From: Desulfobacterales bacterium
Lineage (GTDB): Bacteria > Desulfobacterota > Desulfobacteria > Desulfobacterales > JAHDSC01
Assembly (NCBI GenBank): GCA_016931455.1
Contig: JAFGES010000095.1
Coordinates: 12,487-76,486 of the forward strand
Direction: 5' to 3'
Length of the DNA: 64,000 nucleotides
In this document: positions 59,198 through 64,000 of the stretch, one piece after another
Numbering within the stretch: position 1 is the stretch's first letter
Layout: every line of letters begins with the position of its first letter
Made by a program: the position numbers and the translations under genes
The notes under the pieces: generated by a model
The model's database searches: none
What the model was told of the DNA's origin: nothing
What the model saw: only the letters and a program-made list of their open reading frames with translations

Positions 59198-59728
59198 ATG
59201 GATAAAAATTTACGAAAAAAATTTTTTGACAGTGGTAAAACCATAATTTTTATTACTTTTGTATTATTATGTATTTCTAATGTTGCTTCGGGAGCGTCAT
59301 ATCAAACGCTTTTTCCATATCTGATCGATTTACCGGGATGGTCCGGAAGCGAACCGGAGGGGATGAATATGGAAATGTCGGGAATGACTATGGTGAATGC
59401 AACTCGAAGCTATACTAAGGGAGATAAAGAACTGACGGCCGTCATCATGATCGGAAACCAGGCTTTTGGTCTAAATCCTGCCGCTGCAGGCGGTATGAAA
59501 GTGGAAACTTCACAAGGGAAAATGGATTTCAAGACCATTGACGGATTTCAAGTCCAGACTGTCTATGATAAAGAAGATAATTCAGGAGCCGTGAACGTCA
59601 TTCTTCAAGACGCCGGTGGAGCCCTTTTTACATTGACCTTTGAAGGGCTCAAAGCAGAAGAGGCTTTTAATCTTGTTCGGAAGTTTGATTGGGAAAAAAT
59701 TCAAAAAGCAGCCAAATCAATCAAATAA
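59198..59728 (+). CDS. Hypothetical secreted or membrane-anchored protein
   Basis: GAGGAGG SD before the ATG at 59198. N-terminal hydrophobic segment ends in VASGAS. I recognise no family. Confidence 0.5.
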   Translation: MDKNLRKKFFDSGKTIIFITFVLLCISNVASGASYQTLFPYLIDLPGWSGSEPEGMNMEMSGMTMVNATRSYTKGDKELTAVIMIGNQAFGLNPAAAGGMKVETSQGKMDFKTIDGFQVQTVYDKEDNSGAVNVILQDAGGALFTLTFEGLKAEEAFNLVRKFDWEKIQKAAKSIK

Positions 59729-59785
59729 TCAGGAAATCTATCTTAATAGTTCAGATTCAGTACAAAGAGCCGATCATTATTTGTT

Positions 59786-60493
59786 TTATGATTTAGATGG
59801 GATTTTTATCAGCATCGTTTCAGGATCTAATTGAAAATCAGGATGATTGGGATAAGTCGACTTTCCCTTTAAAATTTTTACATGGATTTCTTCGCCGGCC
59901 GGCTGAAGTTGAACAACAACTTCAAATAGATTTCCAATTTTAACTAATGGTAAAGGTATACCGTCCGGGCCGAGTTCTTCATATCGGTGGGCGCGGACGG
60001 TAAACCAGTTATGGAATTCATGCTTTTTAGCAAGAGCTTTTAATTCATAAAGGGTTTTTGGGGTCGCCTTATCAAATGGAAGTCCATCAATCAGGATTGT
60101 CTGCGGAAAAAAAATATTTTGTTCGGTAAGATCTGTCAGCCTTTCTTCAAGTTTGGGTACACTAAATCCCTCAACCCTGAAGGTCATAATAAACCGATGG
60201 GGTAGTATGGTTTCCCAAAGTTGATGAATCTCATTCAAATTGGATTGAGCGGCAATGTTGCTGAAGATTTCTTCGTACCACAGAGAAACCTTTTTAACGG
60301 GATCATCCAGGCTGATATGAAGAACGTTTTTACCCTTCAATAGGGCAGCTAAGGCGAATTGTACCATCAGAGATGTTTTGCCCACGCCGGCACGAGCAAT
60401 TATAGCGCCGAACCCTCCTTTGGGAAGTGCATCTTCAGTCTCACGAGCCATGAGCATCAAAGGATTTTGTAAGAGAAGATCCTTTTTAAGCAT
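59786..60493 (-). CDS. RecA/KaiC-superfamily P-loop ATPase-like protein of unknown function
   Basis: Walker A-like ARAGVGKTS and Walker B-like TILIDGL. The ATG at 60493 has AGGAA upstream. The alternative TTG at 60586 would overlap the EF-G stop. Confidence 0.5.
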   Translation of the reverse strand: MLKKDLLLQNPLMLMARETEDALPKGGFGAIIARAGVGKTSLMVQFALAALLKGKNVLHISLDDPVKKVSLWYEEIFSNIAAQSNLNEIHQLWETILPHRFIMTFRVEGFSVPKLEERLTDLTEQNIFFPQTILIDGLPFDKATPKTLYELKALAKKHEFHNWFTVRAHRYEELGPDGIPLPLVKIGNLFEVVVQLQPAGEEIHVKILKGKSTYPNHPDFQLDPETMLIKIPSKS

Positions 60494-60578
60494 TTTGAGA
60501 TTCCTTTCTTTCAAGAAAATAACTTTTGCTTGGAGTGAATTTTGAGTTCTATTTTTCAGTTTTTGGATAGAGATGGTT

Positions 60579-62663
60579 TTATGCAACCTTCTTTTTTCCT
60601 TCAGCCGCTTTTTTCATCAGTTCCTCGGCTATGGATTGCGGTACCTGTTTATAGGTAACAAATTCCATCGTAAACTGAGCCTTTCCTTGTGTCGATGATC
60701 TCAATACCGTCGAATAGCCGAACATCTCTGCAAGAGGGACTTGGGCTTCAATAACACACAAATGGCCTTCGTCCTGTGAACCGACAATAATTCCTCGGCG
60801 CTGATTCAATGAACCCATTACAGTGCCTTGAAATTCCGTCGGTGTTTCCACAACCACTTTCATAATCGGTTCATGAATAACAGGCTTGGCTTTGGCATAA
60901 CCTTGAAGAAACGCTCCACGGGCAGCTGCCTGAAATGCCATATCAGAAGAATCCACTGCATGGGAGCTTCCATCGTTGATCACAATCCGAATACCGGTGA
61001 CGGGAAATTCCATACGTGGCCCTTTGGCTAAGCATTTTCTGAATCCCTTTTCACATGCCGGAATGTATTGTGTCGGGATGGAACCGCCGACAATTTTGTT
61101 TTCAAATATAAAGTCTTCTTCGGTCGTGGGCTCCATGTAACCTGCCACTCGACCAAACTGACCGGCACCCCCGGTTTGTTTTTTATGAATATAATTAAAT
61201 TCGGCCTTTTGAGTGATCGTTTCACGGTACGCTACTCGCGGCATGCCGGTTGTGACGTCGCTGTCGTATTCGCGTCGCATTCTTTCGAGATAGACTTCGA
61301 GGTGTAATTCTCCCATGCCGGATATGATTGTTTCACCGGTTTCTTCATTTACGTAGGATTTAAACGTGGGATCCTCTTTAGTGAAACGATTTAGGGCCTT
61401 AGACATTTTGCCTTCAGATACTTTATCTTTGGGTACAATGGCAAGGGAAATAACGGGTTCAGGAACGTGCATGGATGTCATCGTCACATGGGTACCCGGT
61501 GTCACAAAAGTGTCGCCGGAAGCACAATCGATACCAAAAAGGGCTCCGATATAGCCGGCGGAAATCAATTCAATATCTTCCATTTGATCTGCATGCATGC
61601 GAACAAGTCGTCCGACCTTAACCTTTTTACCGGTCCGGACATTTAGGATCGCATCTCCTTTGGTAAGGGTGCCCTGATATACGCGAATGTAAGTCAGTTG
61701 GCCATATTGTCCGTCTTCCAGTTTAAATGCAAGCGCAACAAGAGGTTTGTTTGGATTAGTTGAAAGTATGATCGGCTCTTCATTGTTTTTTGGGTCAAGG
61801 GCATAGTTGTCTATATCCGCTGGACATGGCAATAGTGTTGTCACCGCATTCAGAAGGGGCTGAACCCCCTTGTTTTTATAAGCCGATCCCATGAAAACCG
61901 GTGTTATTTTACGGGCAAGAGTTGCCTGACGGATAGCTGAAATAATTAGATTTTCAGTAACTCTATCCTCAAGTGCTGCTTCAGTCAATTCATCGGAAAA
62001 CATTGAGGCGGCATCAATAAGCATTTCGCGTCGCTGCATGGCTTGCGGTAAGAGATCTTTTGGTATTTCTTCCACTCGAGGCATTTCCCCATTATCACCG
62101 TCAAAATAAATTGCTTTGAAGCTGACAAGGTCAACTATTCCTGACAGATCGGCTTCAAGGCCGATGGGTATCTGCATCGCCACGGCATTATGGCCCAATT
62201 TTTTATTGAGTTGCTCAATAACCCGAAATGGGTTTGCGCCGCTCCGATCACATTTATTGATAAAAGCAATGCAGGGAACTTTATATCGGGTCATTTGCTG
62301 GTCTACTGTAATAGACTGAGATTGAACTCCGCCTACAGAGCATAGAATCAAAATAGCGCCGTCAAGTACGCGTAAAGATCTTTCCACCTCTATTGTAAAA
62401 TCGACATGGCCGGGAGTATCGATAATATTGATCTCATGATTTTGCCATTGAGTATGTGTCGCAGCCGAAGTGATGGTGATACCACGCTCTTTTTCGAGCT
62501 CCATAAAATCCATTGTTGCCCCGACACCGTCTTTTCCCTTGATATCATGGATGGTATGAATGCGGTTTGTGAAAAAGAGAATTCTTTCGGTAAGCGTTGT
62601 CTTGCCTGCGTCGATATGAGCGCTGATACCGATATTTCTAACTTTTTGAATGTTATTTGCCAC
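60579..62663 (-). CDS. Elongation factor G paralogue
   Basis: GTPase G1-G4 motifs ([21 protein letters not shown]) and EF-G domains [22 protein letters not shown] resembles mitochondrial/spd-type EF-G. GTG start with GAGGGAAAA upstream. Not in an str (rpsL-rpsG-fusA-tuf) context. Confidence 0.85.
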   Translation of the reverse strand: MANNIQKVRNIGISAHIDAGKTTLTERILFFTNRIHTIHDIKGKDGVGATMDFMELEKERGITITSAATHTQWQNHEINIIDTPGHVDFTIEVERSLRVLDGAILILCSVGGVQSQSITVDQQMTRYKVPCIAFINKCDRSGANPFRVIEQLNKKLGHNAVAMQIPIGLEADLSGIVDLVSFKAIYFDGDNGEMPRVEEIPKDLLPQAMQRREMLIDAASMFSDELTEAALEDRVTENLIISAIRQATLARKITPVFMGSAYKNKGVQPLLNAVTTLLPCPADIDNYALDPKNNEEPIILSTNPNKPLVALAFKLEDGQYGQLTYIRVYQGTLTKGDAILNVRTGKKVKVGRLVRMHADQMEDIELISAGYIGALFGIDCASGDTFVTPGTHVTMTSMHVPEPVISLAIVPKDKVSEGKMSKALNRFTKEDPTFKSYVNEETGETIISGMGELHLEVYLERMRREYDSDVTTGMPRVAYRETITQKAEFNYIHKKQTGGAGQFGRVAGYMEPTTEEDFIFENKIVGGSIPTQYIPACEKGFRKCLAKGPRMEFPVTGIRIVINDGSSHAVDSSDMAFQAAARGAFLQGYAKAKPVIHEPIMKVVVETPTEFQGTVMGSLNQRRGIIVGSQDEGHLCVIEAQVPLAEMFGYSTVLRSSTQGKAQFTMEFVTYKQVPQSIAEELMKKAAEGKKKVA

Positions 62664-62716
62664 CTTATTTTCCCTCTAATTGATTCTATATTTTTAAGTT
62701 GATCGAATTATTTTTT

Positions 62717-62762
62717 AAATAAAAAAATCCCTCATTTGGAAACGATATGCCAGATGGGGGAT
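62717..62762 (-). terminator. Candidate rho-independent terminator downstream of elbB
   Basis: 13-bp imperfect stem (plus 62727-62739 with 62750-62762, two mismatches on the minus-strand RNA). UUUUUUUAUUU follows on the minus strand. Confidence 0.45.
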
Positions 62763-62936
62763 CTTCCGTTGATGAGTATATTAATTAAAATCCTATATAA
62801 ATATACAATTAATATTTATTTGTCAATATATTTATTTATAATAAGTAAAATAATGAGGATGGGATGGCGTTTTTTTTACCCCCACCCGCGTATATAGTGT
62901 TTTTAAAATACAAGGGTAGGGGAGGGATTGGTGCAT

Positions 62937-63590
62937 TTAAACAAGTTCTATAACTTGTTTAACAAGTTTTTCGATACCGATTGCAACATCCTTTATGCTG
63001 GGGCCCAGCATATATGCCGGTGTAGTAACCAGTTTATTTTTATTATCCAAATGAATCATATCGACGGTGCAGACTTTATGCCGACCTCCCATAGCCTCAA
63101 TAGCTTCAGCAGTACCCGGATCGTTTCCGATGGTTACTTCCGGATTTTTATTTCCTAAGGCCTTTGTCAACGTAGCGGGTGCAATACATATTGCTCCGAT
63201 GGGTTTATTTGCAGCTGCCATTTCATTTATAAGTCTCTTAGTTTGCTCATTTACGGCTGAATCTTTGCCTTTGATTGCAAAATTACTTAAATTTTTTGCC
63301 GCTCCAAAGCCGCCGGGTATAATCAGCCCATCTATATCGGAAGCTTTAACATCTTGTATGTCCTTGATATCTCCTCTCGCAATCCGAGCAGATTCAATAA
63401 GTACATTTCTTTTTTCATCTGTTGGTCGGCCGTTTAAGTGGTTGACAACATCATATTGATCCACATTCGGGGCCATGCAGATGATGTCGGCACCCGCCCG
63501 ATCAAGTTCAAGCATCGTAATAACAGCTTCGTGGATTTCGGTGCCGTCATATACTCCACAACCGGAAAGTAATACTCCTATTTTCGGCAT
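62937..63590 (-). CDS. elbB: ElbB-like DJ-1/PfpI-family protein
   Basis: MPKIGVLLSGCGVYDGTEIHE...ICIAP (nucleophile-elbow Cys). Confidence 0.8.
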   Translation of the reverse strand: MPKIGVLLSGCGVYDGTEIHEAVITMLELDRAGADIICMAPNVDQYDVVNHLNGRPTDEKRNVLIESARIARGDIKDIQDVKASDIDGLIIPGGFGAAKNLSNFAIKGKDSAVNEQTKRLINEMAAANKPIGAICIAPATLTKALGNKNPEVTIGNDPGTAEAIEAMGGRHKVCTVDMIHLDNKNKLVTTPAYMLGPSIKDVAIGIEKLVKQVIELV

Positions 63591-63691
63591 GTGTCTCTCC
63601 TTTCCTTTTTTTCGTCCTGATGTCTTTTGGTTAATTCTGATAATGGAGCTATCTATACTTAATTGTAGGTGTACAGACGCATTTATATTTC

Positions 63692-64000
63692 TTATGGGGA
63701 TCTTTTTATCTTTCTAAAACGTTTGGTCAGCGGTCTATGGCGCAATAAAACATAGGTACCCCCTGTACCTCCGTCGCAGGGTCTTGCACTTGTATAGGCG
63801 ATAACCCATTTACGCCAGGGTCCCCGGGTTAGCCACTGAATAACTTTTGCTTTTAAAACCGGTTTTGAAGGTGAAGAGAGCCCGCGGCCATGAACGATCA
63901 AAACAGCCCTTTTACCCGTTATTATTGCCTCTTTTATAAATCTTTCAAAAGTGTTCTGTGCATCTCCCGCATTCAGCCCGTGAAGATCAATGTGAGTCTG
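63692..64000 (-). CDS. Smr-domain protein, C-terminal part (5' end outside window)
   Basis: Reading frame is open to the window edge. IDLHGL...AVLIVHGRG matches the Smr motif. Confidence 0.7.
   Translation of the reverse strand, partial: QTHIDLHGLNAGDAQNTFERFIKEAIITGKRAVLIVHGRGLSSPSKPVLKAKVIQWLTRGPWRKWVIAYTSARPCDGGTGGTYVLLRHRPLTKRFRKIKRSP

Noticed and set aside
62871-62925. C-rich/G-rich imperfect inverted repeat (TTTTTTTTACCCCCACCC ... GGGTAGGGGAGGG) just after the elbB stop.
   Set aside because: The pairing is imperfect, and the T-run is on the wrong side for a minus-strand terminator. The hairpin at 62727-62762 is the better terminator candidate.
1-64000. Scan for mobile elements, CRISPR arrays, phage or defence islands, rRNA and tRNA.
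   Set aside because: I noticed no transposase, integrase or recombinase-like ORF, no regularly spaced short repeats, and no terminal inverted repeats. The window reads as core chromosome, with the chemosensory supercluster as the accessory-like part.

Overview
This is a 64-kb chromosomal window that is almost fully coding and moderately AT-rich. Gene content and protein signatures suggest a deltaproteobacterial, Desulfobacterales-like genome, but that is inference only. I saw no rRNA, tRNA, CRISPR, transposase or integrase signal.

Gene order:
- secD (partial), secF, a YbgF-like gene, dprA and topA on the + strand.
- A 17-kb minus-strand chemosensory supercluster (5864-22808), made of two parts.
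  - A conventional module: soluble MCP, CheW, CheR, CheB, CheW, CheX, CheY, CheA and an HDOD protein.
  - Directly upstream, a second non-canonical module: a double-tip MCP-like protein, STAS, CheY, CheA, a short CheR and an MBL hydrolase.
- An ilvD-ilvB-ilvN-ilvC-cimA-leuA operon.
- pyrD and a complete trpEGDCFBA operon on the minus strand.
- A ydbH-ynbE-ydbL-like envelope operon, then pilD and lon.
- tsaB, psd-pssA, asd, greA, rpoZ, ttcA and folE2.
- A PBP4-like gene, an M18 aminopeptidase, dtd and tex.
- An EF-G paralogue followed by a RecA/KaiC-like ATPase, then elbB and a partial Smr gene.

Most notable observations:
1. The second chemosensory module is the best candidate for an undescribed signalling system. 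It has a tandem-duplicated, highly degenerate receptor and a STAS protein, and lacks its own CheW and CheB.
2. Both CheA kinases carry tandem 24-residue motifs resembling the MshEN/T2SSE_N c-di-GMP-binding motif in place of a P2 domain.
3. The ilv operon is preceded by a textbook leader-peptide attenuator with an Ile/Leu/Val-rich peptide. The trp operon is preceded by one whose leader has three consecutive Trp codons. Terminator and antiterminator pairings for both are readable directly in the sequence.
4. The 938-aa cytoplasmic MCP is built from three 179-183-aa tandem repeats and ends in an aromatic pentapeptide (EFERF).

All functional calls rest on my reading of the translated ORFs and on motif recognition. 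No database search was run.
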